Of a DNA stretch of 64,000 nt, positions 18,032 through 27,239 are shown piece after piece. The translations under genes and the position numbers were made by a program. The DNA is taken from the IMG/VR virus record IMGVR_UViG_3300032282_005937, positions 6,881-70,880 of that record. One strand, written 5' to 3'. The DNA comes from a virus. Its lineage: Duplodnaviria > Caudoviricetes. Below the pieces are notes generated by a model. The model worked only from the letters and a program-made list of their open reading frames with translations, was not told where the DNA came from and ran no database searches. How positions within the stretch are numbered: the first letter of the stretch is position 1; each line of letters starts with the position of its first letter.

Positions 18032-18955
18032 ATGTCTGAATTATCAAAGATTAATGGTTGGGCAGGAAAAAACAATCCTTCGCTTGTTGAAAGCGAGTTT
18101 AATTTAATTAAAGATGATGGATCATTTAGAGATTTTAATGTTTATGGCAAAAGCCAAGACACTAAAGGCAAAAAAATGATGTTATATGATGTTGTTCGAA
18201 AAGTTCTTGGTAAGGATACTGAGAACTACGAGCAACAAATTGGAGATTGCGTAAGTTTTGGTGCTAAAAATGCTGTTGAATATTTAATGGCTACTGAAAA
18301 ACTTATGAAGGGCGATCACGAAAAATTTGAACCTGTCTTTCCTCCATATCTTTATGGAATAGGAAGAGTTTTTGTTGGTCGTGGACAATTAAATGGTGAA
18401 GATGGATCTCTTGGTAGTTGGATGGCAGATGCTGTTATTAAATATGGTGTTTTGCGTAGTGGTTTTGATGGTGTTCCTAAGTATGCTGGAAGCGTAGCTA
18501 AAAAATGGGGCGATACACCAGGACCAGATAAGAAGTTTATTGAAGAAGGAACTAAACACCCAGTAAAATCTGCTGCTAAAATTAAAAGTTGGGATCAATT
18601 AGTTGAAGCTATTGTTAATGGATATCCTTGCACCACTGCTAGTGATGTGGGATATGAAATGGAAGCAGAATCTGATGGATTTCATAGTCAGACAGATAAT
18701 TGGGGCCATCAAATGTGCTTTATAGGTGTTGATGATAGGGCTAAAGACCCATATGCAATCATAGTTAATAGTTGGGGCGATGCTCATGGTCACCTTAAAG
18801 ACTTTGATACTGGAGATAATCTACCCATAGGTGTTCTTAGAGTTAGAAAGAAAGATGCTGAAAAGCACATTAGGGCTGGTGAAACCTTTGCGTATAGCAA
18901 TTTTGATGGTTTTCCAGAACAATTAATAGATAAAAAACTATTTATGCTTATTTAG
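18032..18955 (+). CDS. papain-like (C1) cysteine peptidase
   Basis: QQIGDCVSFG (Gln and catalytic Cys), WGHQMC (His), IVNSWG (Asn). Confidence 0.85.
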   Translation: MSELSKINGWAGKNNPSLVESEFNLIKDDGSFRDFNVYGKSQDTKGKKMMLYDVVRKVLGKDTENYEQQIGDCVSFGAKNAVEYLMATEKLMKGDHEKFEPVFPPYLYGIGRVFVGRGQLNGEDGSLGSWMADAVIKYGVLRSGFDGVPKYAGSVAKKWGDTPGPDKKFIEEGTKHPVKSAAKIKSWDQLVEAIVNGYPCTTASDVGYEMEAESDGFHSQTDNWGHQMCFIGVDDRAKDPYAIIVNSWGDAHGHLKDFDTGDNLPIGVLRVRKKDAEKHIRAGETFAYSNFDGFPEQLIDKKLFMLI

Positions 18956-18966
18956 AAAGGTTTAAT

Positions 18967-19857
18967 ATGATAGATAAATCTGAAGGTTTACAATATGGAA
19001 AACCAGACAAAAACGATCCAAGAAAAACTCCAGCAAAACCAGATGAACAAAAAAAAGGTTCTAAAAATAATCCAAAAGACTCTGCTAATAAACCAAATAA
19101 AGATATAGAACTATCAAAAGAAACTGAAGATAAAATTAAAGTTTTAATGCAAGAACATAATGCTAAAGATCCAGAGTTTAAAGCAAATATGGGTCAATTA
19201 AAATCTGTTTTTAGAAGAGGTGCTGGAGCATTTTCTACTAGTCATGCACCAAAAATGAATAGATCAGGTTGGGGTTTGGCTAGAGTAAGAGCTTTTTTAT
19301 ATTTACTTCGCAATAAAAGACCATCAAATCCAAATTATAAACAAGACAATGATTTATTGCCAAAAGATCATCCAAAAAGCACAAAAAAATCTTCAGCATC
19401 TTATCTGTATGAAGAAATTGATTATTCTGAATTTTTAAATTCTATCAAAGATATAATAGTTAAAAGTAAAGAAAGAAGTAAGGCTTTTTCAGATATTGAA
19501 AAATATTTTACTAAATCTTCTGAAGGTTATGATGCACCAGAATCTGCCAGAAATAACGCAAGGAAAGTTTTGCAATGGAAAGACAAATATGGAAAAGAAT
19601 GCAAAGGAATGACTGCTGTTGGTTGGGCAAGAGCCAGAGATTTGGCTGGAAATGCTATGCTGTCTGCTGACACAGTGAAAAGAATGGCTCAATTTAATAG
19701 GCATGGTTCTAATTATGAAAAAGCAAAATCTAAACCAGAATATAAAACTAAACCTTGGACTATTCCAGCAGTAGTTGCATGGTTAGGTTGGGGTGGAACA
19801 TCTGGTATTGAATGGGCAATCAGAACAAGTCAATCTATTATCAAAAACAAAAAGTAA
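18967..19857 (+). CDS. phage protein of unknown function (two modules common in head-associated genes)
   Basis: VFRRGAGAFSTSH.P...W..ARV.AFL and G.TAVG.ARARDLA...LS.DTVKRM...WGG..G..WA. Confidence 0.6.
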   Translation: MIDKSEGLQYGKPDKNDPRKTPAKPDEQKKGSKNNPKDSANKPNKDIELSKETEDKIKVLMQEHNAKDPEFKANMGQLKSVFRRGAGAFSTSHAPKMNRSGWGLARVRAFLYLLRNKRPSNPNYKQDNDLLPKDHPKSTKKSSASYLYEEIDYSEFLNSIKDIIVKSKERSKAFSDIEKYFTKSSEGYDAPESARNNARKVLQWKDKYGKECKGMTAVGWARARDLAGNAMLSADTVKRMAQFNRHGSNYEKAKSKPEYKTKPWTIPAVVAWLGWGGTSGIEWAIRTSQSIIKNKK

Positions 19858-19860
19858 ATC

Positions 19861-20004
19861 ATGTTAAATCTAGTGCTTTTTTTATTGTTTAATCAAACTA
19901 TAAGCAAAGAGCAATTTGTATTAATAGAAAAAGACCCTATTTCATTTTCTAAATTAATAGAAGAAATTAAAAAAACAGCAAAACAAGAGAATTGTTTAAC
20001 CTGA
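19861..20004 (+). CDS. small hypothetical protein (47 aa) ending C-L-T-TGA
   Basis: ATG 3 nt after the upstream stop; hydrophobic N-terminus. Confidence 0.4.
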   Translation: MLNLVLFLLFNQTISKEQFVLIEKDPISFSKLIEEIKKTAKQENCLT

Positions 20005-20018
20005 TGGAGAAAAAAATA

Positions 20019-20366
20019 ATGCGGTCGCATAAAAAAATAGAATTAATTTTACAAAAATCAGAAACAATAAAACACTATGATGCTATTGGAATTATAACCA
20101 TTATTATGTTGGTTGGATTTATAGTTGATGGAATTAGCATACTTAAATTTTGCACTTCTAAAAAAGGTGTTGCTTTAATAATTAAAAATGGCGGTCCTTT
20201 AGTAAGAATGTTTATAAGAAGAAATTTATACAACAAAATAATTAAAGCAAATGTTTCAGCAGAACACGCTAAGATTATATCTGATACAATAGTTGAATTA
20301 ATGCAATCTTTGTCTGTTGATGAAATAGTATCACTTTTGGATATGGTTTATAATGAAAATAGTTAA
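20019..20366 (+). CDS. hypothetical membrane protein
   Basis: GGAG SD; TM segment AIGIITIIMLVGFIV. Confidence 0.55.
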   Translation: MRSHKKIELILQKSETIKHYDAIGIITIIMLVGFIVDGISILKFCTSKKGVALIIKNGGPLVRMFIRRNLYNKIIKANVSAEHAKIISDTIVELMQSLSVDEIVSLLDMVYNENS

Positions 20367-21243
20367 AGCCACATATGGTCCAAAAGATGTAACAGAGCAT
20401 ATTAAAAATTCTTTTAAAAATGAAAAATTAAATCTTTTTGTTTCTAATTCAATATTTGGTGATACGAATCATGGTGTATTAAAAAAATTAACTATTGAAT
20501 TTGATGATGGTTCTATATTAAAAACTAACGAAAATGAATTTTTAATTTATCCAGAAATATTAAGCGAAAGAATTGGAATTTTTTACACAAACAATAATGA
20601 TCAAAGAAAAGAAAAAGCACTCCATGCTAGTTTAGTAAGTTTAAAAATTGCATCAAAAGAAATGAATAATATAGTTACATGTGTGTGGAACAGAATATCA
20701 GAAAATCCTTTTTTTGAAATAATTTCTCAAGTTAAAAATGGCAATCATTTAAATCAAGTTTTGCAAATTTTACAATTGCTTTATTTTATTAGAAAAAATG
20801 CAAAAAATGTAAAATATGTAAGTTTTTTAGAACATGATTGTCTTTATCCAGAAGATTATTTTGAATATGATGACTTTGAATGCGACTCTATATCAAACAC
20901 TAATTATATAGGATTATGTTCTTCTGGTTGGCAACCTAATCATGGTGCAGTAAGACCAACATCTCAGGTAACTATGAAATTCGATAGTGCTATTAAACAT
21001 TTTGAAAACATATTTCCAAATGCATTATTGGAAAATAGTGGCAGTTTAGAGCCTTGGTATTCAAAAGAAGCTTCTTTTACACCATTAAGCTGGAAAAACA
21101 AAGATTGGTTTTGTAAAAATCCATCGGTTCACATAAATCACGGCTATGCATTCACATCGCATTTTGAAACTTTTCAAAAGGTTTTTTCTGAATCAAATGA
21201 ATACTGGGGTGATTATTCAGAATATGCTTATCTTTTTTCTTAA
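20353..21243 (+). CDS. lectin-like N-domain fused to GT-A glycosyltransferase
   Basis: I.KATYG..DVT...N..FGD...G..K.L.I N-domain; FLEHDCLYP..YF; H.NHG. Confidence 0.6.
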   Translation: MKIVKATYGPKDVTEHIKNSFKNEKLNLFVSNSIFGDTNHGVLKKLTIEFDDGSILKTNENEFLIYPEILSERIGIFYTNNNDQRKEKALHASLVSLKIASKEMNNIVTCVWNRISENPFFEIISQVKNGNHLNQVLQILQLLYFIRKNAKNVKYVSFLEHDCLYPEDYFEYDDFECDSISNTNYIGLCSSGWQPNHGAVRPTSQVTMKFDSAIKHFENIFPNALLENSGSLEPWYSKEASFTPLSWKNKDWFCKNPSVHINHGYAFTSHFETFQKVFSESNEYWGDYSEYAYLFS

Positions 21244-21339
21244 TTTTTCTACAAAAAACATTTGATTAAAAGTCACAAAATAGTCTTGCCACAATAAAAA
21301 AAATAAGTAAGATTTTGATCTGTCTTACCTACAATTATG

Positions 21340-21352
21340 GGTGTATTTATTT
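21340..21352 (+). promoter_or_regulatory. GGTGTAT-type putative promoter upstream of RNR
   Basis: GGTGTATTTATTT in the intergenic region. Confidence 0.5.
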
Positions 21353-21429
21353 CCGCTGGTAATCGCCAGTATTACATTCCTTTAGAGTTCCGCTTATCCT
21401 TGCGATAGCAGGGCAGATGGAGTTTTTTC

Positions 21430-23721
21430 ATGTCTATTAAAGAATTGCAAAAATATACGGCTGTTTCCAAATACGCTAGATGGATTAAATCTGAAAAAAG
21501 AAGGGAAACTTGGGATGAAAGCGTACAAAGAATAAAAGATATGATGATAGAAGTTCATCCATCCTTGCGTAAAGATATTGAAGAACATTACGAAATGATT
21601 AGGGATCAAAAAATATTGGGTTCACAAAGAGCATTACAATTTGGCGGTAAGCCGATCATTAAGCATAACGCAAGAATATTTAATTGTTCTGCCAGTTATT
21701 GCGACAGATTACGATTTTTCCAAGAATGTTTTTACTTATTGCTTTGCGGTTCTGGAACTGGATTTAGTGTACAAAAACATCATGTTGAGTTGTTGCCAAA
21801 GTTTTCATCCACTAGATTAAATCCAGAAACATGTTGTTATGAACATCACATATATAGGGTTGAAGATTCAATTGAGGGTTGGGCAAATGCTCTTGGGGTT
21901 CTTCTTTCTTCATATTTTGAAACTCCAATAAAAGAGTTTGAAAGATACAAAGATATTGCAGTTGGTTTTAGTTATGAAGACATAAGGGAAAAAGGTGCTC
22001 CTTTAAGTTGTGGTATAGGCAATGCTCCAGGTTATCAACCACTAGAAAAAGCCTTAGAAAAAACTAGAGAATTGCTTGATAGATGTATTGCAAATGGGCA
22101 GACACAATTAAGAACAATAGATGCATTTGATATAGTTATGTTTGCTGCTGATGCTGTTATATCTGGCGGTGTTCGTAGATCTGCAACTATCGCTCTATTT
22201 TCTGCTGATGATGAATTAATGATCAACGCAAAGACTGGCGATTGGTATTTTACTAATCCTCAAAGGGCTAGGGCAAATATATCTGCGTTACTTCACAGAA
22301 AAGACACTCCCAAAGAAGTGTTTGAAAATCTTTTTAAGGCCACTAAAGAATTTGGTGAACCAGGATTTTTCTTTGCTGATTATTATGACACTCTGTGCAA
22401 TCCATGTTGTGAGATTTCATGGATAACAAAACATTTTTATAAAAAAGATGATCCAAAATTAGCCAAAGCTTTGTCACTATACGAAGGACCAATAACAACA
22501 AAAGAGTCATGCAAAGACGATATGCCAGAAGATGAAGTTGGTCTTTCTGGTTGGGGATTTTGCAATTTGTCAACAATTAATGGAAAAACAGTTACATCAG
22601 AACAAGACTTCTATGAAAGGTGTGCTGCTGCTGCCTTTATTGGTACATTACAAGCATCTTTTACCAATTTCCCATACTTGGGTCATGTTACAGAACTTAT
22701 TGCTCGTAAAGAGGCATTATTGGGCGTTTCAATCAATGGTATGCAACATCACCCTAAAATACTGTTAAACCCAACAATTCAACAAAATGGGGCTAAAATA
22801 GTTAAAGACACAAATAAAAAATATGCAGAACTTCTAAACATAAGTCCTGCTGCAAGAACGACTTGCGTAAAACCAGAGGGTAATTCTGCTGCTTTGCTAG
22901 GTTCAGCTTCTGGTATTCATCCAGATCATTCTAAAAGGTATTTTCGTATTGTGCAAGCTAATCAGATGGAATCTCCATATCAGCACTTTAAAAGCATTAA
23001 CCCTCAAGCGTGTGAAGAATCAGTATGGTCATCAAATAAAACAGATGATTGCATAAGGTTTTGTGTACAAAGTCAAGATGGAACAGTACTTAAGGAAGAC
23101 ATAGATGCTATATCTATGCTTGATGATGTTTTATCAACCTATAAAAATTGGGTTGTTGCTGGAAAAAATGAACATCTTTGTGTTAGAAAAGAGTTAAACC
23201 ACAATGTATCTAATACAATACATGTAAAAGATAATGAGTGGGATAAGGTAAAAGAGTACATTTATAATCATCGTGCAGAACTTGCTGGAATATCTCTTAT
23301 AGCTTCAACTGGAGATAAAGATTATAACCAAGCTCCATTTACGGCAGTTTATTCAATTGAAGAGCAAATAACCAATTGGGGTTTTGAAGCTACGGCTAAG
23401 GCTTATGAAACTTACCCAAAATTTTCTGAATATAATTTTAATTCTTTATGGGATGCATGTTCATGTGTTCTTGGCTATTTTGAACCAAAAGACGATAAGC
23501 AAAAATCTTGGAAAACTATGGTGCAAAAATATGCAGATGAGCATTTTTCTTCTGATGTTAAATACGCTACTTATGCACTTAAAGATGCTTATAATTTAGA
23601 TTTGTGGAACAAATTAATAAACAATTATTCTGATGTTAATTATTTAAATGCTTTTGAAAATAGTGCTACAATAAACATTCAAGGAGAACTTGCTTGTGCT
23701 GGTGGAGCCTGTTTAATATAA
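21430..23721 (+). CDS. nrdJ: class II (adenosylcobalamin-dependent, RTPR-type) ribonucleotide reductase
   Basis: KYAR...RRETW, FNC, GGVRRSA, NPCCEI, CNL, TCVKPEG, C-terminal ACAGGAC; no nrdB in the window. Confidence 0.85.
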   Translation: MSIKELQKYTAVSKYARWIKSEKRRETWDESVQRIKDMMIEVHPSLRKDIEEHYEMIRDQKILGSQRALQFGGKPIIKHNARIFNCSASYCDRLRFFQECFYLLLCGSGTGFSVQKHHVELLPKFSSTRLNPETCCYEHHIYRVEDSIEGWANALGVLLSSYFETPIKEFERYKDIAVGFSYEDIREKGAPLSCGIGNAPGYQPLEKALEKTRELLDRCIANGQTQLRTIDAFDIVMFAADAVISGGVRRSATIALFSADDELMINAKTGDWYFTNPQRARANISALLHRKDTPKEVFENLFKATKEFGEPGFFFADYYDTLCNPCCEISWITKHFYKKDDPKLAKALSLYEGPITTKESCKDDMPEDEVGLSGWGFCNLSTINGKTVTSEQDFYERCAAAAFIGTLQASFTNFPYLGHVTELIARKEALLGVSINGMQHHPKILLNPTIQQNGAKIVKDTNKKYAELLNISPAARTTCVKPEGNSAALLGSASGIHPDHSKRYFRIVQANQMESPYQHFKSINPQACEESVWSSNKTDDCIRFCVQSQDGTVLKEDIDAISMLDDVLSTYKNWVVAGKNEHLCVRKELNHNVSNTIHVKDNEWDKVKEYIYNHRAELAGISLIASTGDKDYNQAPFTAVYSIEEQITNWGFEATAKAYETYPKFSEYNFNSLWDACSCVLGYFEPKDDKQKSWKTMVQKYADEHFSSDVKYATYALKDAYNLDLWNKLINNYSDVNYLNAFENSATINIQGELACAGGACLI

Positions 23722-23778
23722 TGTCAAAAAGAATTGCAAAGATTTCAAAAACTAAAAAAGCAAAATTGGTGAAAAAAA

Positions 23779-24642
23779 ATGCCGAAAAAAGGAAAAGTAA
23801 AAGGCATAGGTTCCCCTTTTAATCTTAGTTTTTCAAGTTGTTCAAACAACAGCCCAAAGCTTTTTGATTGGTCTAATGAAGATTCAGATTTTTCTGTTTT
23901 CATGGATTATTCAATTCTTGATTGTTACAAATATCCAAAAGTTAAAAATGTTCCTAGATTTGGATGGTTATGTGAATCTATAACAATATTTCAAAATCTG
24001 TATGATAAAATAAAATATGATTACAAAAAAATATTCAACGATATAGATTACATATTTACTTCTGATGAATACTTGCTTTCTTTAGATTCAAGATTTAAAT
24101 TTTGTTATTCATGCAGCAATATTCCTTGGTCAAAAAAAGAAAATTGGAACATTTATAAAAAAACAAAAATGTGTTCGATGATATGTTCAAATAAGTTGAG
24201 TTGTAATTTTCATGCTATTAGACAAAACATAGCAAAAAATAATATTGAAAAATTTGATTTGTTTGGCGGTTTTTTAAATTCACCTTACACTGGTGAAAAA
24301 TATGATGGTTTCTATAAAAAAGATAATGCACTAAAAGACTATATGTTTACAGTTGTTGTTCAAAATAATAATCAACCTTATTTTTTTGCTGAAATGCTAA
24401 CAGATTGTTTTTCATTTGGAACAATACCAATTTATTTGGGTAATCCTAAAATAGACTTGTTTTTTGATTCAAATGGAATAATATCTATAGGTTCAGAGGA
24501 AGAATTTAATAAAATTGTTCTTAGCGAAGAATTATATTGGTTTAAATTTGATGGTGTAAAAAATAATTTTGAAAAATTGCAAACAATGGAAATGAGTGAT
24601 GATTATCTTTATCAGCAATGTTTAAAACTTATGGAGGTTTAA
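23779..24642 (+). CDS. GT10-like (fucosyltransferase-like) glycosyltransferase
   Basis: K..ALKDYMF.VV.QN...YF.E.L.DCF..GTIPIY.G. Confidence 0.7.
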   Translation: MPKKGKVKGIGSPFNLSFSSCSNNSPKLFDWSNEDSDFSVFMDYSILDCYKYPKVKNVPRFGWLCESITIFQNLYDKIKYDYKKIFNDIDYIFTSDEYLLSLDSRFKFCYSCSNIPWSKKENWNIYKKTKMCSMICSNKLSCNFHAIRQNIAKNNIEKFDLFGGFLNSPYTGEKYDGFYKKDNALKDYMFTVVVQNNNQPYFFAEMLTDCFSFGTIPIYLGNPKIDLFFDSNGIISIGSEEEFNKIVLSEELYWFKFDGVKNNFEKLQTMEMSDDYLYQQCLKLMEV

Positions 24643-24643
24643 T

Positions 24644-24880
24644 ATGTCTCTATTTAATATTGGTGATATAGTTGCTTTAAAATCTGGTGGAATGCCAATG
24701 ACTGTTGTGGCTTTTGGCGAAGAAACAAAAGAAGTTTTAGTTGTTTATTTTGATTTAGATGCTAATGTTATGCGAGATGGTTTTCCAGCAGAATCATTAG
24801 AGTTTACAGAAAATAGATGGAAAATGAAGTATTGTGTTGATATAAACGAAGAAGATTATACAGATGATGAGGAATTTTAA
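24644..24880 (+). CDS. YodC/DUF2158-like small protein
   Basis: F.IGDIV.LKSGG..MTV...F..ESL. Confidence 0.75.
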   Translation: MSLFNIGDIVALKSGGMPMTVVAFGEETKEVLVVYFDLDANVMRDGFPAESLEFTENRWKMKYCVDINEEDYTDDEEF

Positions 24881-25242
24881 TGCCATACTATGAATTTTCC
24901 TGTGAGTCATGCGAATACAATTTTGAACTTAAACTTTCTTTTTCTGAAAGTCATCCTAAAAATTGTCCAAAATGTAAAAAAGGAAAAGTAAATCAAGTTT
25001 ATGATGGAAATACTATTGTCTGCATGAAAGGTGGTAATACAATAGGGCAAGTAGGCGAAGCCAATTACAAGAAAGCTGGTGGTAAAATTAAAGAGCATAT
25101 GGCCAAAAAACAAGAATTAGAAGATTCAAAATTGCCTTGGTGGAGATCTGGAAAAGTTAATGGTTTAGGAAAAAAGGATAAACCTTTAAATTTATCTAAA
25201 ATTAAAAATGTTAAAAACTACATAGAAACAGGAGAAGAATAA
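24880..25242 (+). CDS. FmdB-family zinc-ribbon protein
   Basis: MPYYEFSCESC...FE...CPKC. Confidence 0.8.
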   Translation: MPYYEFSCESCEYNFELKLSFSESHPKNCPKCKKGKVNQVYDGNTIVCMKGGNTIGQVGEANYKKAGGKIKEHMAKKQELEDSKLPWWRSGKVNGLGKKDKPLNLSKIKNVKNYIETGEE

Positions 25243-25490
25243 TGGGTTTAATTCCAAATGCTGGAGAAGATTCGCCACACACAGCAATAGTTAGAATAAA
25301 TTGGGAAGTTTTTCCAGTAAGTTCTGATGGTACATATGGATCAAATCAACCAGTTGATATTGGTTTGGTTTTACTTAGAGCAGACGGTATATCATTTCAA
25401 GAAGCTAAAAACAAATTAGAAGCTTTTTTGTCTAAAGCTATTGATGACAAAAACTTTGGGCACATTTGGAAAAGAGGACAGTCAATATGA
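25242..25490 (+). CDS. hypothetical protein
   Basis: Coupled ORF, GGAG SD. Confidence 0.55.
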   Translation: MGLIPNAGEDSPHTAIVRINWEVFPVSSDGTYGSNQPVDIGLVLLRADGISFQEAKNKLEAFLSKAIDDKNFGHIWKRGQSI

Positions 25491-25780
25491 AAATTGAAGA
25501 TCACGGAAATTTTATTATAAGTTGTAGCAATTGTAATAAACCGCTTGTTGATTTGTTTATAACAAATATGGATGCAGACATTCACTGGAAGTGTGTTGCC
25601 GAATGCTGTTATTGTGGAGATAAGAGTTTTGTTAAAGATATTAAAGGAATTTTCAGACCTGGTGGATGCGTTACAGTAGACAGAGAAAATCCAGATCATT
25701 TTACACAAGATACTCTTTTAACAGACATTGTTACTGAAGATAATAAAGTTATATTCAAAACACAGAAAGGAAAAATATAA
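25487..25780 (+). CDS. zinc-binding hypothetical protein
   Basis: CSNC and CCYC pairs; ATGA overlap. Confidence 0.55.
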   Translation: MKIEDHGNFIISCSNCNKPLVDLFITNMDADIHWKCVAECCYCGDKSFVKDIKGIFRPGGCVTVDRENPDHFTQDTLLTDIVTEDNKVIFKTQKGKI

Positions 25781-26100
25781 TGTTTTCTGTAATTGGATTT
25801 GATAAAAATGGAAAAGAATGCGATCATGAAAACTTCCTGTCTCTTGCTAAAAAAAGCACTGATACAGATTTGAATAGTGAAAAATTTTGGGTTAAAGTTT
25901 GTACCAACGGAATAGAGTCTGGAAAACTTTTTGATCCATCTTCAAGTTTGTTAGAAGACCTAAAGCGTTTTGATAATCATACAGATAAACATAGGTACTC
26001 ATACAAAAGCGTAAATAAGGAATGTTTTAACTTTTACATTTCTTATTTATCAACCAACAATTCTTCATTTTTAAAAAATGCCGAAAGGAATATATCATGA
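25780..26100 (+). CDS. hypothetical protein
   Basis: Coupled ORF. Confidence 0.55.
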   Translation: MFSVIGFDKNGKECDHENFLSLAKKSTDTDLNSEKFWVKVCTNGIESGKLFDPSSSLLEDLKRFDNHTDKHRYSYKSVNKECFNFYISYLSTNNSSFLKNAERNIS

Positions 26101-26387
26101 CCAAAAAATCTAAAAATAGCCCTTTAAATGAAGTTGAAATATATTTTATTGAAGGTAACTGTTCATCTATGTCTTTAGGTGATATTGCAGAAAAATTAAG
26201 TAGAGATGTTGAATTTATTAAAGATATTTATGATAAGGCTAGAGTAAAAAAATCTTTAACATTTCAAACAAAACTTGGAAGCGTGGCTATGACAGCAGCA
26301 CAATCTAGCAAAGGCGATGATATTGTTAGATCAAGTGAGAATGCTGCTTATATGAAAAAATTTAAAGACAGTATTCATAAAATATGA
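26097..26387 (+). CDS. hypothetical protein (possible HTH)
   Basis: SLGDIAEKLSR HTH-like segment. Confidence 0.55.
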   Translation: MTKKSKNSPLNEVEIYFIEGNCSSMSLGDIAEKLSRDVEFIKDIYDKARVKKSLTFQTKLGSVAMTAAQSSKGDDIVRSSENAAYMKKFKDSIHKI

Positions 26388-26839
26388 TTTGTAAAACATA
26401 CGACAAAGAATATTTTGAAGATAAGACTTGTTGGGCAGTAGAGTTGTCCAATGGTGAAACCGTTTATCAAAACGATGGCTTTGATCAAACTGTTGAGTTT
26501 TCTGCTTGGGTTAGACTTAAAGAGTATTTGCACGAAAACAATTTGAAAATAGAAAAAATGTATGTGAGATTTAGATCGAATATTTTTTATCCTTTGGAAG
26601 ATTATTGCGAAGGATACTTTTTCTCTATGGGCATCATTGGCATGATGTCTTCTACAGAAAATATAAATTTTTATATATTGGGTTCGATTAAGAAAGATGT
26701 TGTTAAGATAAAAAAGATAAAAGTTCCAGAACTAATAGTTTTTGATGAAGAAGAAAGAAACATTTCTGATTGTACTGAGCAACAAGTAATTTTAAATACG
26801 AAAGAAAATTATGGCAAAGGAAAGATCTTCAAACAGTAG
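26384..26839 (+). CDS. hypothetical protein
   Basis: W.VELSNGETVYQ...SAW.RLK.Y. Confidence 0.6.
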   Translation: MICKTYDKEYFEDKTCWAVELSNGETVYQNDGFDQTVEFSAWVRLKEYLHENNLKIEKMYVRFRSNIFYPLEDYCEGYFFSMGIIGMMSSTENINFYILGSIKKDVVKIKKIKVPELIVFDEEERNISDCTEQQVILNTKENYGKGKIFKQ

Positions 26840-27239
26840 ATATGAATCTAGGCATGGTGGTGGTTGGATAACTCCAGCACAATTTTTGGCTGAGTTAATG
26901 TGTGAGCGTTTTGCCAAACAAAATCGTCAAGACATACCTCCAAAATTTTGGGATAAACAACCTTGGAAAAAAGAGTTTTTTAAACAGCTTTCTTTAGCAA
27001 ATAAGCTTTTAGAAAAATATGATCCAGCATTAGTTTCTAAGGCTTTAAGATCACAAGAAGGTAAAAAAATATTTTCTTTAGGTGCTCCTTGGCTAATAAA
27101 ACTTATAGAGTTTGAAGAATACAAGTTTAAGGAAGTAGACGAGAAGAAGGTTGAACAGGTAGAATCTCTTCCAGTTAAAATCTCTTTTGTTTCAAAGAAG
27201 TCAACACTAAGTAAGTTAAAGGATATTGAAAATGAGTGA
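26811..27239 (+). CDS. hypothetical protein
   Basis: ORF directly upstream of recA. Confidence 0.6.
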   Translation: MAKERSSNSRYESRHGGGWITPAQFLAELMCERFAKQNRQDIPPKFWDKQPWKKEFFKQLSLANKLLEKYDPALVSKALRSQEGKKIFSLGAPWLIKLIEFEEYKFKEVDEKKVEQVESLPVKISFVSKKSTLSKLKDIENE

